A DNA stretch of 64,000 bases from Acidaminococcales bacterium. Its GTDB lineage: Bacteria; Bacillota; Negativicutes; Acidaminococcales; JAISLQ01. The position numbers and the translations under genes are program-made. The notes beneath the pieces were generated by a model that saw only the letters and a list, made by a program, of their open reading frames with translations, had not been told where the DNA came from and searched no databases. Positions 1 through 10,693 of this stretch are shown one piece after another (within the stretch, counting starts at the first letter, position 1; each line of letters begins with the position of its first letter). Location: NCBI GenBank assembly GCA_031551525.1, contig JAVBNN010000023.1, positions 46,442 through 110,441 of the forward strand. Reading direction: 5' to 3'.

Positions 1-2
1 TT

Positions 3-170
3 ACGCAGCATCTGCGCAATATGGAGGAGAACGGCCTTGTGAAAAGAAAAGTATATGCCGAAGTGCCGCCACGCGTGGAATATTCCCTAACTGAAATTGG
101 GCACAGCCTCAAGCCTATTCATGATGCTATGTGGAAATGGGGCGAGGAGTACAAAGCCAATATAAAGTGA
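3..170 (+). CDS. HxlR-family winged-helix transcriptional regulator, C-terminal fragment (5' end outside window)
   Basis: Frame is open from the window edge to TGA at 168-170. Translation NGLVKRKVYAEVPPRVEYSLTEIGHSLKPIHDAMWKWGEEY is the typical HxlR wing and C-terminal helix signature. Confidence 0.75.
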   Translation, partial: TQHLRNMEENGLVKRKVYAEVPPRVEYSLTEIGHSLKPIHDAMWKWGEEYKANIK

Positions 171-458
171 TAATCTGTGGCATAGCGTTGAAATGCAGAC
201 ATCCTCTCAGCGAGACGTCCGGTATAGGGCGCTTGTGGCAAATACTTCTACTCTACGCTGTAAGCCTTTTGCGGCCATTTGGCTCATGCAAATGTTAATA
301 TCCTAATGCCTCTCGGAGACATCAAACAAGCTGGCGAAGCCCAGAAGACAAGGAGATACCGTTGCTGTCCCACTCGTTTGTGTGTATTACCATTAACTTT
401 TAATCGTATAAACCACTTGAGGTTTTTTTGAGGTTTTTTCGCATAAAAAGCACAAAAA

Positions 459-487
459 GGCAGGTTCCGAAAATTCTCGGAACCTGC
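459..487 (-). terminator. Intrinsic terminator after the GNAT/RND operon
   Basis: Hairpin GGCAGGTTCCGA-aaattc-TCGGAACCTGC. On the minus strand it is followed by CTTTTTGTGCTTTTT. Confidence 0.6.
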
Positions 488-597
488 TTTGCTACTGTTT
501 AAACACAAATCTAGTATTTTATCTTATACACCCGCTTACAAGTTGGAAGCATTATCGATATAGCATATACGGCGCATTTTGGCAATTCGGCTTTTCT

Positions 598-1242
598 TTA
601 ACCGGGTTCGTCTGTTAAACCGGACAGAGCAAGAAATCTTTCCTGACTAGCCGTCACTTCTTTTTTCTTATAGGAAAAAGCCTGGTCAAAACGCTCCACG
701 TCCGCTTCTTTTACTATAAAAGCGGAGCTGGTGCCTAGCCGCCCGGGCGGGCCACCCAGCGCACCTTCTGCAAGCTCAAAAGCCAGGAGCGCTTTGAGGT
801 ATTCTCCGTCCGGCGTACTGATATGGTATCTTGCAGCGCCGGTAAAAGCAACCCTTTGGTAATATTCTGGATCACCGTAGATAAGGATGGCTTTAAAACC
901 CATATCAGCGGCGATTCTTCGGGAGTGCTCGATAAGTGCCAATCCTATGCCCTGACCCTGTCGTTCCGGCAGCACGCTCAGTGGGCCAAAAGTCACTGTT
1001 TCTATGCTTTCTCCATCGCCCTTTACTACCGCAGAACGGCTATAGACTATACTCCCAACCAGCCGCCCATCGCTAAACGCGACTAAAGAAAGTTCCGGGA
1101 TAAAGTCCGGGCACTGCCGCAGTTTATGTAAAATAAAATGTTCCGAACAGCCCGGCTTGTATACATTCCAGAAGGCTTCCCTGGTCAGTTCTTCCACCTG
1201 TTTGTATTCGGTCGGTTTTTCCCGGCGTATTTCAAGATTCAT
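598..1242 (-). CDS. GNAT family N-acetyltransferase
   Basis: The acetyl-CoA binding motif is recognisable (LSVLPERQGQGIGLALIEH). I prefer the ATG at 1242 (MNLEIRRE), which has an AAGGA RBS 10 nt after the RND gene stop. Confidence 0.8.
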   Translation of the reverse strand: MNLEIRREKPTEYKQVEELTREAFWNVYKPGCSEHFILHKLRQCPDFIPELSLVAFSDGRLVGSIVYSRSAVVKGDGESIETVTFGPLSVLPERQGQGIGLALIEHSRRIAADMGFKAILIYGDPEYYQRVAFTGAARYHISTPDGEYLKALLAFELAEGALGGPPGRLGTSSAFIVKEADVERFDQAFSYKKKEVTASQERFLALSGLTDEPG

Positions 1243-1252
1243 ATCTTCGTCC

Positions 1253-4200
1253 TTACATATCAAGGTCGCTTATTTTCCGTTTAGTCATTTCTTTGCCGTG
1301 CTTTTCACCCCATCCTTCCAGCATCAGGTAGGCCACCGGCACTACGATCAAGGTCAAGATGGTCGAGGTTGTTATGCCGCCGACCATGGCCACACCCATC
1401 GATTGCCTCAGTTCAGCGCCCGCGCCGATACCTAACGCGATGGGCATCATAGCGAGTATTGTGGAAAAAGTAGTCATCAGTATCGGCCGTAAACGCAGGG
1501 AGCCGGCTTCTATCAGAGCTGCCCTTATAGATAGCCCTTCCTCACGGCCCTGATTGGCGTAGTCGACCAAGAGTATAGCGTTTTTCGTAACCACACCCAG
1601 CAGCATGATGATGCCGATCAAAGACATCATATTGATGGTCTGTCCGGCCACCATCAAACCTAAAATGGCGCCAATGATGGAAAACGGCAAAGACAGCATG
1701 ATGATGACCGGCTGTGTAAAGCTTTCAAACTGGGCGGCCAGCACCATATAGATCATGACAACAGCGATCAAGAGCGCCTTTTGTATTTCGCGGAAAGCAT
1801 CCGTCATCATGGTACCTTGCCCGATGAATTTATAACGGTAGCCGAGCGGCATGTTCATCTCGGGCAGCAGCTGGTCGCGCGTCTGGTCGAGTATCTCGCC
1901 CGGCGACACGCCTATGGCATTGGCATATACTATGACCTGCCTTTGCCGGTCTTCGCGGTCGATCTGGGTCGGGCCAGAGGTCAGACGCACATCGGCGATA
2001 TCTCCAAGCCGTACGAAGTTGCCTCCGCTGGCCGGCACCCTGATATCCGCCACATCGTTTATGTTCACCCGGTGCTGTTCCGCCAGGCGGACAAGTATTT
2101 CATAGTTTTCATCACCGACAGTAAAACGATTTTTCGTCTTATTCCCGGAAAACGCCGTTTCGATAAGTTTGCCCATTGTCTGGGCATTCGCCCCCACTGC
2201 CGCAGCTTTGTCGGGATTCAGCCTGATAGACACCGTTGGTTCGAACTCTGAACTTGAGATGTCAACGTCAGTCGCGCCCTGGGTGGATCGCAACTTGGTC
2301 GCCAGCTCGTTGGCGTATCTATTCAATTCATCGAGTTCTGAGCCCCTCAGACCTACCTGCACAGGACGCTGATCGCCGCGTCCGCCGCCCTGATTGGACA
2401 GTACCGCCACTTTTAGTCCGGTGATGTTGCGGAATTTCGCGCGCAGTTCGTCCATGATCTGCATCATACTGCGATCGCGCTCATGGCTGGGCACAAGTTT
2501 GACGTTTATCGTGCCTTCATATACAGGGCGACGCGAGCCGCCGATATTAAGATTGACCACCTGCACACCCTTTGTTTCCATGAGGGCCTTTTCCAACGGA
2601 GCAGACAAGTCTTTCATCTTGTCTATGGACGTCCCGGCCGGGGCTTTCATGCTGACGGAAAACTCTCCCGAGTCATAGGTCGGCTGGAACTCTTTGCCCA
2701 TAAAAGGCGTGAGGAAAATATTAAAGCCCAAAGACAATATAGCGATTATAAAGACCATTTTCGGCCGGTCGAGCGCCCATTCAAGCATCTCCAAGTATAA
2801 ATCCTTGGTTTTTTGGAAATATTCCTCAAACTTATCAAGGGATACCTGCAACCATCTGGGCCGGTTGGCTTCTTTTTCGTCATCAGTGACGTTCTTCAGC
2901 CAGTAGGCCGACAGCATGGGCGTCAAAGTAAAGGCGACCAAAAGGGAAAAGGCTATGGCAAAGGCTACCGTTAGTCCAAATTGCTTGAACATCTGCCCGA
3001 TGATCTCGCCCATGTTGCCGATCGGCACAAATACCGCCAAGAGAGAGAAGGTGGTCGCCAGTATGGCCAGCGATATCTCGGTAGTCGCCTGGTAGGCCGC
3101 TTGGAAATTGCTTTTGCCCATCTGCATATGCCGATAGATATTTTCAATAATGACTATCGCATCGTCGATCAGTATGCCGACCGCCAGCGACAGGCCCATC
3201 AAAGACATGTTGTTGAGCGTGAACTTCTGCCAGCTCATGATAGCAAAAGAAGCGACGATCGACGTTGGTATGGCTATACCGCCAACAACGGTCGCCCGCC
3301 AGTCCCGGAGGAACATATAAGTGATAAAGAGCGCCAGAAAACCGCCAAAGATGATGGCGTTCCAGACGTCGTCCACGTTTTCCTTGATATAAAAAGACTG
3401 GTCACGCACAAGTGCCGCCTTGATGTCTGGCGGCATATCATTTTTCATAAGCAGCGACATAGCCTCGATGACCCGGTCTGCTACATCCACCGTATTTGTA
3501 CCAGATTGTTTTCTGACCAGTATGCCGACGCTTGGGCCACCGTTCGTTCTCGAATAGGTGCGCTCTTCTCCCCATCCGTCCACTACTTCGGCTACGTCGC
3601 CGAGGCGGATCAGCCGCCCACTCTGGTTGGCCACCACCACAGCCTTCAAATCGTCGATATCGCGGTATTTGCCAACAGTCCTGACCGTCAGCTCGTTGCC
3701 GCTATCTTTTACCTTACCGCCTGGGGTATTTACATTCTCTGCGTCCACTTTATTGAGGATGTCCTGCATGCTGATGGCATAGGATTCTAGTTTTTTCGGG
3801 TCGACCTGTATTTGCAATTCGCGCGCGCTAGCGCCGATGACCGCCACTTCAGCCACTCCATCGAGCATCTGCAGTTCATCTTTTATAACATCTTCAACTA
3901 TTTTTCTGACTTCACCGCGCTCGCGTACCGGCGATGAGAATGTATAAATCAGGATGGCCTGCGAGCTGATATCGTAACGCTGCACTATCGGCTCGTCGAT
4001 ATTGTCGGGCAGCGACTTTCTTATACCCGCCACCTTTTCTCGCACTTCGCTGGCCGCCTGCCGGGGGTCTATCCCCAGTTCAAACTCGAGCGTGGTCTGC
4101 GAATACCCCTCCCTGGCCATGGAAATAATCGACTTTATGCCGGATACTGACGACACCGCGTCCTCTACCGGCTTTGTAATGAGAGTCTCCATCTCTTCCG

Positions 4201-4360
4201 GCGAAGCACCGGTATAGGTGACAGTCACATTGACATAAGGAAACTCTATCTCCGGATACAGATCCATGCCCAGATTAGGATACGCTATGCAACCAAAGAC
4301 GACCAGCACCAATACGAGCATAGTCGTAAAAACCGGCCTGGCGATGAAGACTTTGATCAT
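1253..4360 (-). CDS. RND efflux transporter permease (AcrB/HAE1-like)
   Basis: 1035 aa with the 12-TM RND layout and two large periplasmic loops. Conserved RND blocks are present (GLAVGILIDDAIVIIENI, LLVDYANQ). Confidence 0.95.
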   Translation of the reverse strand: MIKVFIARPVFTTMLVLVLVVFGCIAYPNLGMDLYPEIEFPYVNVTVTYTGASPEEMETLITKPVEDAVSSVSGIKSIISMAREGYSQTTLEFELGIDPRQAASEVREKVAGIRKSLPDNIDEPIVQRYDISSQAILIYTFSSPVRERGEVRKIVEDVIKDELQMLDGVAEVAVIGASARELQIQVDPKKLESYAISMQDILNKVDAENVNTPGGKVKDSGNELTVRTVGKYRDIDDLKAVVVANQSGRLIRLGDVAEVVDGWGEERTYSRTNGGPSVGILVRKQSGTNTVDVADRVIEAMSLLMKNDMPPDIKAALVRDQSFYIKENVDDVWNAIIFGGFLALFITYMFLRDWRATVVGGIAIPTSIVASFAIMSWQKFTLNNMSLMGLSLAVGILIDDAIVIIENIYRHMQMGKSNFQAAYQATTEISLAILATTFSLLAVFVPIGNMGEIIGQMFKQFGLTVAFAIAFSLLVAFTLTPMLSAYWLKNVTDDEKEANRPRWLQVSLDKFEEYFQKTKDLYLEMLEWALDRPKMVFIIAILSLGFNIFLTPFMGKEFQPTYDSGEFSVSMKAPAGTSIDKMKDLSAPLEKALMETKGVQVVNLNIGGSRRPVYEGTINVKLVPSHERDRSMMQIMDELRAKFRNITGLKVAVLSNQGGGRGDQRPVQVGLRGSELDELNRYANELATKLRSTQGATDVDISSSEFEPTVSIRLNPDKAAAVGANAQTMGKLIETAFSGNKTKNRFTVGDENYEILVRLAEQHRVNINDVADIRVPASGGNFVRLGDIADVRLTSGPTQIDREDRQRQVIVYANAIGVSPGEILDQTRDQLLPEMNMPLGYRYKFIGQGTMMTDAFREIQKALLIAVVMIYMVLAAQFESFTQPVIIMLSLPFSIIGAILGLMVAGQTINMMSLIGIIMLLGVVTKNAILLVDYANQGREEGLSIRAALIEAGSLRLRPILMTTFSTILAMMPIALGIGAGAELRQSMGVAMVGGITTSTILTLIVVPVAYLMLEGWGEKHGKEMTKRKISDLDM

Positions 4361-5505
4361 TTCTTCGTACCTGCCTTCTCCCCGGAAGGCTCGTCATACT
4401 TTATCTTTACACCCTGACGCAGTTTGTTTTGACCACTGACTACGATGCGTTCGCCTTCGGAAAGGCCCTTTAGCACCTCCACCCAGCCTTCTTCCACCGC
4501 GCCCAGTTCCAGAAGTTTCTGCTGCACCACGTTATCAGCATTTACCACGTACACTGTTTTTTGGTCTTCCCGCATCACCACGGCGGTTTGCGGTATCACT
4601 ACCGCACTGCGGTGTGTCTGCCCGCTCACCGATACGGCAGCATACATACCGGCGCGTAGCTGGTTGTTGGGATTGGGTACTCTTATCTCTGTCTTGAATG
4701 TACGAGCCGGCAAATCAGCCAAAGGCGAAATGCGGCTCACCTGGCCGCTGAAACTTTTTCCTTCATAGGCTGCCACGGTTATTTTGGCCGGAGCGTCCAT
4801 ATAGACATTACCTATCTGGCCCTCGCTGATATCCGATTTGGCCAATAGTACTGTAGTATCAGCCACGCTGACGATCGGCGAACCGCTCTTTAAAAAAACC
4901 CCCGCCTGTACATAGCGCCGGGTCACCACGCCGTCGCGCGGCGCCCTAATAGTCAAACCGTCAAGTTTTTCTTTTAATACTTTGAGCGCTCCTTGTGCTG
5001 CCGTATAACGGCCGGCTGTCATATCTTTGCGGGATTTAGAGTTATCGACTTCTTTTTTGGATATCGCATTTTGCTCGTATAGTTTGGTGTTGCGCTCATA
5101 TTCCCTCGCAGCGTCCTCGCTGTCCGCCATGGCTTCGTAAATAAGCCCTTCGGCCTGGAAAACCTGAGCACCAAGTTCCACCTTATCCATCTCCGCCAGT
5201 ATTTGCCCGGCTGTTACATAATCTCCTTCATTTACGTATAACTTATCAAGCCGGCTGTCTATCTTTGGTGAAATATCCGCCGACCAGACCGGTTCGAGGT
5301 TGGCGGAAAACTTTAAAGTAGGCACGATATCCTGCCGCTTTACTATAGCTGTATCCACCGACGCGGTCGTTCCCTGGAAAACCCTGGCCGCGCGTTCCCG
5401 ATTAAGTGCCATATTGCTGTAAATGCGGAACGCTACCACAGCCAGGATCGCCAGACAAACAGCTATGCCGATGGTCACTTTTTTGTTTTTCAGCCCAAAT
5501 TGCAT
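4357..5505 (-). CDS. RND efflux membrane-fusion (periplasmic adaptor) protein, HlyD/AcrA family
   Basis: 382 aa with an N-terminal TM anchor, lipoyl/coiled-coil hairpin/beta-barrel pattern, and a 4-nt overlap with the RND permease gene. Confidence 0.9.
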   Translation of the reverse strand: MQFGLKNKKVTIGIAVCLAILAVVAFRIYSNMALNRERAARVFQGTTASVDTAIVKRQDIVPTLKFSANLEPVWSADISPKIDSRLDKLYVNEGDYVTAGQILAEMDKVELGAQVFQAEGLIYEAMADSEDAAREYERNTKLYEQNAISKKEVDNSKSRKDMTAGRYTAAQGALKVLKEKLDGLTIRAPRDGVVTRRYVQAGVFLKSGSPIVSVADTTVLLAKSDISEGQIGNVYMDAPAKITVAAYEGKSFSGQVSRISPLADLPARTFKTEIRVPNPNNQLRAGMYAAVSVSGQTHRSAVVIPQTAVVMREDQKTVYVVNADNVVQQKLLELGAVEEGWVEVLKGLSEGERIVVSGQNKLRQGVKIKYDEPSGEKAGTKK

Positions 5506-5597
5506 GATAAGTCCCCTATCTTTGCACAGTTTCGTGTTATAAATTATTCTAGTAAAAGTGCCAAACTCCTACACGACAAACCGAGTTCACAAAAAAT

Positions 5598-6551
5598 TTA
5601 CACTTTAATATTTTCTTGCAAAAGTTGCCACATCCATACGCTTTTTTCACTATACAGCCGCAGCGCCTGACAGCGTCCGCCACATCTTTGCATTATCAGC
5701 CCATCGCCTCCAAAACAAAAGGGCTGTATGCCCGCCAAGAAAAATCCCTCCGCACAAAGGCTTTCTGTTGCATAACCCACAAAGGTACTCGATAACGGCA
5801 AATATACCTGCGCCGTTTCATAGCCTTCTCTTTGGCAACAGCGGGAAAATTTTCTCGCGCAAGCGTCAAAATCCGCCCCGATCAAGTAAACATACCCTTT
5901 TGCCGTACCTACCGTAGGATATTCATGGCGCGCCAGCACACTGTCCGCGCCATCCGGCATGCCCCGGGCCAGCAAAAATGTCCGTTGCCGCAAGCCGGCA
6001 AAAAAATCCGGCAGGATTTCCTTATAAACGGAAGGAAGATAGACCGGCTCAGCGTTGTCCGCCGCTTCATGACAGGACAAGACAAAACTCAGGCGCTCCA
6101 GGGGATCGTCAAGGGCCGGCATAGCAGACAGCAGAAGGGCCGTGTCTACTGCCCCGGCCCTTCGGGCAAGACGTTGGCTATAGCGGTGGCTTGCTACATT
6201 TTCCATATATACCGCATCAAAATCAGCCAGGTAGGGGAACTCCGCCCGGGCAAAGCGAGCTAAAGCCCGCGCCGTTTGCCCATCGCGAAACCGCGGCAAC
6301 ACCGACAGCATCCCAAGCTCATACAAACGCGGATTGCTTGTACTGCGTTTCAGAGAAATAAATCCTGCCGCTTCACCATCGGCAAAAGCCAGCGCCGTCA
6401 GTTCGTCTCCGCGCTTATAGGCCGTCAGCAACTCCTCTGGCGGCAAAAGTAAGAGTTCGCTAAAAATTCCGCCATATATACCGACCAGCAGCCCTTCGAG
6501 TAAGGCGGCGTTTTCGTCTTGCAATAGTTCTATCCTGATATCATAAGGCAT
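5598..6551 (-). CDS. GNAT-like two-domain protein (hypothetical acetyltransferase)
   Basis: The N-terminal half has a GNAT-like core (GFISLKR...LYELGMLSVLPRFRDGQTARAL). The C-terminal half has no recognised family. Start taken at MPYDIR. Confidence 0.45.
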   Translation of the reverse strand: MPYDIRIELLQDENAALLEGLLVGIYGGIFSELLLLPPEELLTAYKRGDELTALAFADGEAAGFISLKRSTSNPRLYELGMLSVLPRFRDGQTARALARFARAEFPYLADFDAVYMENVASHRYSQRLARRAGAVDTALLLSAMPALDDPLERLSFVLSCHEAADNAEPVYLPSVYKEILPDFFAGLRQRTFLLARGMPDGADSVLARHEYPTVGTAKGYVYLIGADFDACARKFSRCCQREGYETAQVYLPLSSTFVGYATESLCAEGFFLAGIQPFCFGGDGLIMQRCGGRCQALRLYSEKSVWMWQLLQENIKV

Positions 6552-6652
6552 GATACACCACCCGAACACACATCTACCCATCATTATACATCAAATATAT
6601 TGCCATAAACACATCTGCCGGGTTATTTTTAGAAGCTTATTTATATAAAAAA

Positions 6653-6678
6653 CCTGGGCAAAGCAGCCCAGGTTTTTT
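6653..6678 (-). terminator. Intrinsic terminator after the diguanylate cyclase gene
   Basis: CCTGGGC-aaagca-GCCCAGG, flanked by an A-run and a T-run (bidirectional shape), 8 nt after the stop at 6686. Confidence 0.7.
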
Positions 6679-6685
6679 ATATACC

Positions 6686-8197
6686 TCAACCTATAACCTT
6701 ATTGCGTCCGGCGTTTTTAGCAGTATAAAGATTTTTGTCCGCTTCGGCCACCAGTTCCTGCGCGCTGATTTTTTGCGCTCCGCTCACAGAAGCCACCCCC
6801 ATGCTGACCGTAACACTTACCTCTACATCATCGTCAGTAAAAATCATGTCCTCAACCTGTTTTCTTATTCTTTCCGCAATTTCCATGCACCGCTCCCGCG
6901 GGGCTCCACGGAAACACAGAAGAAACTCTTCACCGCCATAACGGGCTATCCAGTCATTTTTGCGGACATTGCGCTGCAATATTGCCACAAATTCCTTTAA
7001 TACAATGTCGCCCATCGGATGTCCATAAGTATCGTTGACGTTTTTGAAATGATCAAGGTCGGCCATTATGATACTAAGCGGCTCACAACTGCTTCTTGCG
7101 TTTTTCAAATCTTGCGGCAATTGCCGTTTGATCATCTCACGAGTATATATCTGCGTCAGCGGATCAAGGTTATAATGCATCAGTGTCCGCATTATGATCG
7201 GTATAGCTACCAGAAAACAGAGAATGGCTATGATATAATTTCTGGCGCTGACATTGGAGTTTATGAAGAAATTCAATACAGACGGCTGGTGCGCCACATA
7301 GCAAACGACCAGATTGCTTTCACTGGCATTCGCACCTGCTGGATAAGCCATAACCATCAAATTTGTCCAAAAATCCAGGTTGATATATTCTACGCCGCCT
7401 GCTCCTACCGCAGCATTTTTTAATACTTTATCTAAAACGCCTTGTTTTTTCAGAAAATCTTTATTATAGTCCGCATTTATCTGTATATCACAGGCTACTT
7501 CCTCGCCGCTGCTGGTCAAGATGAAACTATTGGTATTATTTATAGCGTTGGTACGTAAAAATCCCTCAAAATGCTTTACTTCATAGTCTGCTGCCCCCAC
7601 ACCGATAAAGCGTCCATTCTCCATTATCGGCATAAACAGCGACATTACTTTTTGCTTTTTTCCGCCTATATCATATTCTTTGGGATCAGACCAAAAAACA
7701 TGCGGATTGCTTTTTATTTCATCATACCATGCCCGGTCATCTTCTTTATAGGCCCATTCCACAGTAAGTCCATAGCTGTCCCGCCAAACATAGGGCATAA
7801 ATACGCCCTTGTCTAAATAAACCGGGTCGCCTCGATATTCGTCATCCCGGCCGTCAAACATGTTCGGCTCATAAACCAGGTCGATACCAAAAATATCTTT
7901 ATGTGTATTTATTGCCTGTTTTATCATATCTATAGTCAAATCGCGCCGGGCTATGCCATTTTTACGCAATAATTCAACATTCCCCACCAACATATTCAGA
8001 GAACTGTTAACATCATGCAAAGAAGCCGAGAGAATTAGCGATTTAATATATGTTTTTTCCGATATCTCATACCGCGAATTGACCAACCAGTCTGAGTGCA
8101 ACATATTTACTATCTGCAACAGCAAAAGGACTATGATAAAAATTACCATAAATAAAAGCATATTCATTTTTTTATGAATACTAAGAAACATGAGCAA
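6686..8197 (-). CDS. Sensor diguanylate cyclase (TM - Cache-like extracytoplasmic domain - TM - GGDEF)
   Basis: C-terminal GGDEF domain with RYGGEEFLL active site and DHFKNVNDTYGH. N-terminal TM plus a ~270-aa periplasmic domain and a second TM. Confidence 0.9.
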   Translation of the reverse strand: MLMFLSIHKKMNMLLFMVIFIIVLLLLQIVNMLHSDWLVNSRYEISEKTYIKSLILSASLHDVNSSLNMLVGNVELLRKNGIARRDLTIDMIKQAINTHKDIFGIDLVYEPNMFDGRDDEYRGDPVYLDKGVFMPYVWRDSYGLTVEWAYKEDDRAWYDEIKSNPHVFWSDPKEYDIGGKKQKVMSLFMPIMENGRFIGVGAADYEVKHFEGFLRTNAINNTNSFILTSSGEEVACDIQINADYNKDFLKKQGVLDKVLKNAAVGAGGVEYINLDFWTNLMVMAYPAGANASESNLVVCYVAHQPSVLNFFINSNVSARNYIIAILCFLVAIPIIMRTLMHYNLDPLTQIYTREMIKRQLPQDLKNARSSCEPLSIIMADLDHFKNVNDTYGHPMGDIVLKEFVAILQRNVRKNDWIARYGGEEFLLCFRGAPRERCMEIAERIRKQVEDMIFTDDDVEVSVTVSMGVASVSGAQKISAQELVAEADKNLYTAKNAGRNKVIG

Positions 8198-8363
8198 ACA
8201 TCCATTTCAGGTAAAATATAGTTAAAACCGTGCATATACACAGATATAATCAATTTATTATATAATCAATCAAAGGAAAAGTAAACGTTTTACGCGTAAC
8301 ATATCTCGACAAAAACAGCGGTATTTCGCCTCTTTTATCTGCTATTACACATGAAAAGCCGTA

Positions 8364-8392
8364 TTGCTTTTATACATGTTGGTGTCTATACT
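8364..8392 (+). promoter_or_regulatory. Candidate sigma-A promoter of bcp
   Basis: TTGCTT, 17-nt spacer, TATACT, about 48 nt upstream of the GTG start. Confidence 0.4.
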
Positions 8393-8439
8393 ATAAATAC
8401 AGTGTGTTGTTATCATAAAAAACACAAGGAGGTGCCACA

Positions 8440-8907
8440 GTGATAGAGAAAAATAGCGATTTTCCTGCTTTCAGCCTGGCTGACCAAACCGGCAGCCTGG
8501 CCCGTCTTTCCGATTACCATGGCGATTGGTTGGTCGTGTTTTTTTACCCTAAAGACAATACGCCTGCCTGCACTAGTGAAGTAGCGTCTTTTGCCGAATA
8601 TCAGGATGAATTCTCTTTAGCCGGCGCTAAAATAGTCGGCATAAGCGGCGACAGTGTCAATTCCCACAAAAAGTTCGCCGAAAACCTGGCCGCCGATTAC
8701 CAGCTTTTAGCTGATCCGGAGCGTGCTTTCACTGCCAGCCTGGGGCTTTTGGTGGATAAAAAAATGTATGGCAAGCCGGTAAAAGGCGTCCTGCGCTCCA
8801 CCTTTCTGGTAGACCCGGACGGAAAAGTAGCCGCACTCTGGTCCCCGGTAGAGGTCGAAGGCCATGCCAAAGCTGTTTTAGATGCTTTACACAAACTAAA
8901 AAAATGA
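8440..8907 (+). CDS. bcp: Thioredoxin-dependent thiol peroxidase (peroxiredoxin Bcp)
   Basis: 155 aa with FFYPKDNTPACTSE peroxidatic-Cys motif. GTG start with an AAGGAGG RBS. Confidence 0.9.
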   Translation: MIEKNSDFPAFSLADQTGSLARLSDYHGDWLVVFFYPKDNTPACTSEVASFAEYQDEFSLAGAKIVGISGDSVNSHKKFAENLAADYQLLADPERAFTASLGLLVDKKMYGKPVKGVLRSTFLVDPDGKVAALWSPVEVEGHAKAVLDALHKLKK

Positions 8908-8916
8908 ACATTAAAA

Positions 8917-8957
8917 AAACAACTCCCGTTGCCATTAAAGGGCAACGGGAGTTGTTT
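8917..8957. terminator. Bidirectional intrinsic terminator between bcp and fapA-like gene
   Basis: Perfect 17-bp stem AAACAACTCCCGTTGCC / GGCAACGGGAGTTGTTT with A- and T-runs on either side. Confidence 0.85.
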
Positions 8958-10388
8958 TTATGACTGATCGGCAGAACTCGTGCATATGCCTTCCTGAGTG
9001 CGGTAAAACTTGGTATATTTAAAATCGGTATCCAGTTTCATTTTCTCTTCGCCCATGATTATGAGAGTTCCGGCATATACAGTGCCCTTAGCATTTATCA
9101 CACCGTAACCCACACTGAGCATTCTTTGCTTTACGTCGCCCTGCTCCATTACCAGCCCGGCCAACTCAGCCCGCTGAGTTTCTATCGCCGCTTTAAGACG
9201 TAGCAGCGTGTTATATTTGTCCTGACTTAACCGCCCTAATTCGTACAATTTTTGAAAAAGATCGACCAGGGTATCCATGCGAACCAGATTTTTGCGTATT
9301 TCTTCCATTTCTTTAGGTATTGCAGCAGAACGTTTTACCAGGTACGGATCCGCCCCTACCTCTAACACCGAAGGCATAGAAACACTCTTGGAACCGATAT
9401 TGATACAATTTACCTGATGCCTTACTGTTATATGGCTGGCAATGATGCTTGATTTACTTCCGACAAACCGCACATTGCCGCCACAACTTATCGTACTGTT
9501 GACACAAGACTCCGCTTCGCAATAGTCTTCAACTTCCGCAAGCGCATTTTGCAGATACTTGCAGCGTAGTTCACCGCCGCTTTGTATTTGCCCTTTGCTG
9601 GCGCCCATAACACCCTGTTTGATAAAAATATTTCCGCCCGCAGACACCGTACCGCCATCGACACAGCCGTCTATCACTACATTGCCCTCAGCTTTAACCA
9701 CAAAGCCGGGCAACACATCGCCGTGTATATGAACGTTGCCGACAAAATCTATATTGCCCGTCCGGTAATCGACATCCCCTTTGACATGGTAAATATCCAG
9801 CACACAGGCTTTTTTGCCGAGGATATCCGCATAGCCGTCAATAGTAGCCAATATATGCAGCCCGTCTTCGGAAACCTGGACATTTTTGCCAAGGGGAAGC
9901 GGCAGGTCTTTTCCCCTCCTCGGTGTTATTTCTCCGCCCGCGACGTCTTTTCCCGGCGTGCCTTCAGTCGGGGGGATTTTCGTGCATAGGATGTCATTTT
10001 CCCTGACGTTATGCAATAAGCCCAGATTTTTATAATCTACGCTGCCGTCCTCCAACACCTCCGGCGCTTTATCCTTACTGGGAGAAAAATGCCAGACCAG
10101 CCTGCTGTCTGTACCCGGCATCGGCTGTAGCGCCTCCGCGACTATCGTCCGCTTGTTATAGCGCGGAGACTCGGCCAGGCCTTGTATTGCAGCAACACGT
10201 ATCCCAAATACAATACCGGCGGCTTGCAGCGCGGACAACAGTCCTTCTGCGTCCAGTTGCTTTCCGCCATTAGCTGGCGGAAAAAGGGTCGCATACGCCA
10301 CTTTTTTATCTTCAGCTATGCTGACCTCGCACCTGGCGTCTTTCACTATTACATTTGTATGCCTGTCCGGGCTCGCACTATCGTCCAT
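8958..10388 (-). CDS. FapA family protein (DUF342)
   Basis: Central beta-helix-like repeats (GNIDFVGNVHIHGDVLPGFVVKAEGNVVIDGCVDGGTVSAGGNIFI) and a C-terminal coiled coil typical of DUF342. ATG at 10388 has a GGAGGAG RBS and an upstream TGGTATATT -10. Confidence 0.8.
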   Translation of the reverse strand: MDDSASPDRHTNVIVKDARCEVSIAEDKKVAYATLFPPANGGKQLDAEGLLSALQAAGIVFGIRVAAIQGLAESPRYNKRTIVAEALQPMPGTDSRLVWHFSPSKDKAPEVLEDGSVDYKNLGLLHNVRENDILCTKIPPTEGTPGKDVAGGEITPRRGKDLPLPLGKNVQVSEDGLHILATIDGYADILGKKACVLDIYHVKGDVDYRTGNIDFVGNVHIHGDVLPGFVVKAEGNVVIDGCVDGGTVSAGGNIFIKQGVMGASKGQIQSGGELRCKYLQNALAEVEDYCEAESCVNSTISCGGNVRFVGSKSSIIASHITVRHQVNCINIGSKSVSMPSVLEVGADPYLVKRSAAIPKEMEEIRKNLVRMDTLVDLFQKLYELGRLSQDKYNTLLRLKAAIETQRAELAGLVMEQGDVKQRMLSVGYGVINAKGTVYAGTLIIMGEEKMKLDTDFKYTKFYRTQEGICTSSADQS

Positions 10389-10693
10389 AGCTCCTCCAGC
10401 TTTTACCACTGCGGCTGTTAGCTATAATATACCATAATTTCCGGCTCTTATGCTACTGCGCCCAGGAAGTGTTGCTCCAGGGGCTGCCGGTGTCCTTTGG
10501 CAAGGTATCGCCTACTTGTTTCAATGTCTTTCGCCCAAAACCGTCCAGTCCGTGTCGCTCTTTTGTGCGGCGCCGACGATGCTCTCGCCACAGGAAAACC
10601 CTTCTTCCCAGCCTTCTTTTATCGGATCTATAAGCATTTCTTTAATACACTTGAACACAGCAAGCTCCTTTTGCTGGCAGTAAAACTAAAAAA

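Noticed and set aside
284-508. 74-aa minus-strand ORF in the region downstream of the GNAT/RND operon
   Set aside because: It has no RBS, runs through the operon terminator hairpin (459-487), and its product has no recognisable features. It is probably non-coding.
10450-10690. Small ORFs between the fapA-like and ThrC-like genes, including a 45-aa minus-strand ORF (VFKCIKEMLIDPIKEGWEEGFSCGES...)
   Set aside because: There is a weak resemblance to the N-terminus of C_GCAxxG_C_C proteins, but the frame stops after 45 codons and the continuation is not recognisable. It is possibly a gene remnant, and the evidence is insufficient.
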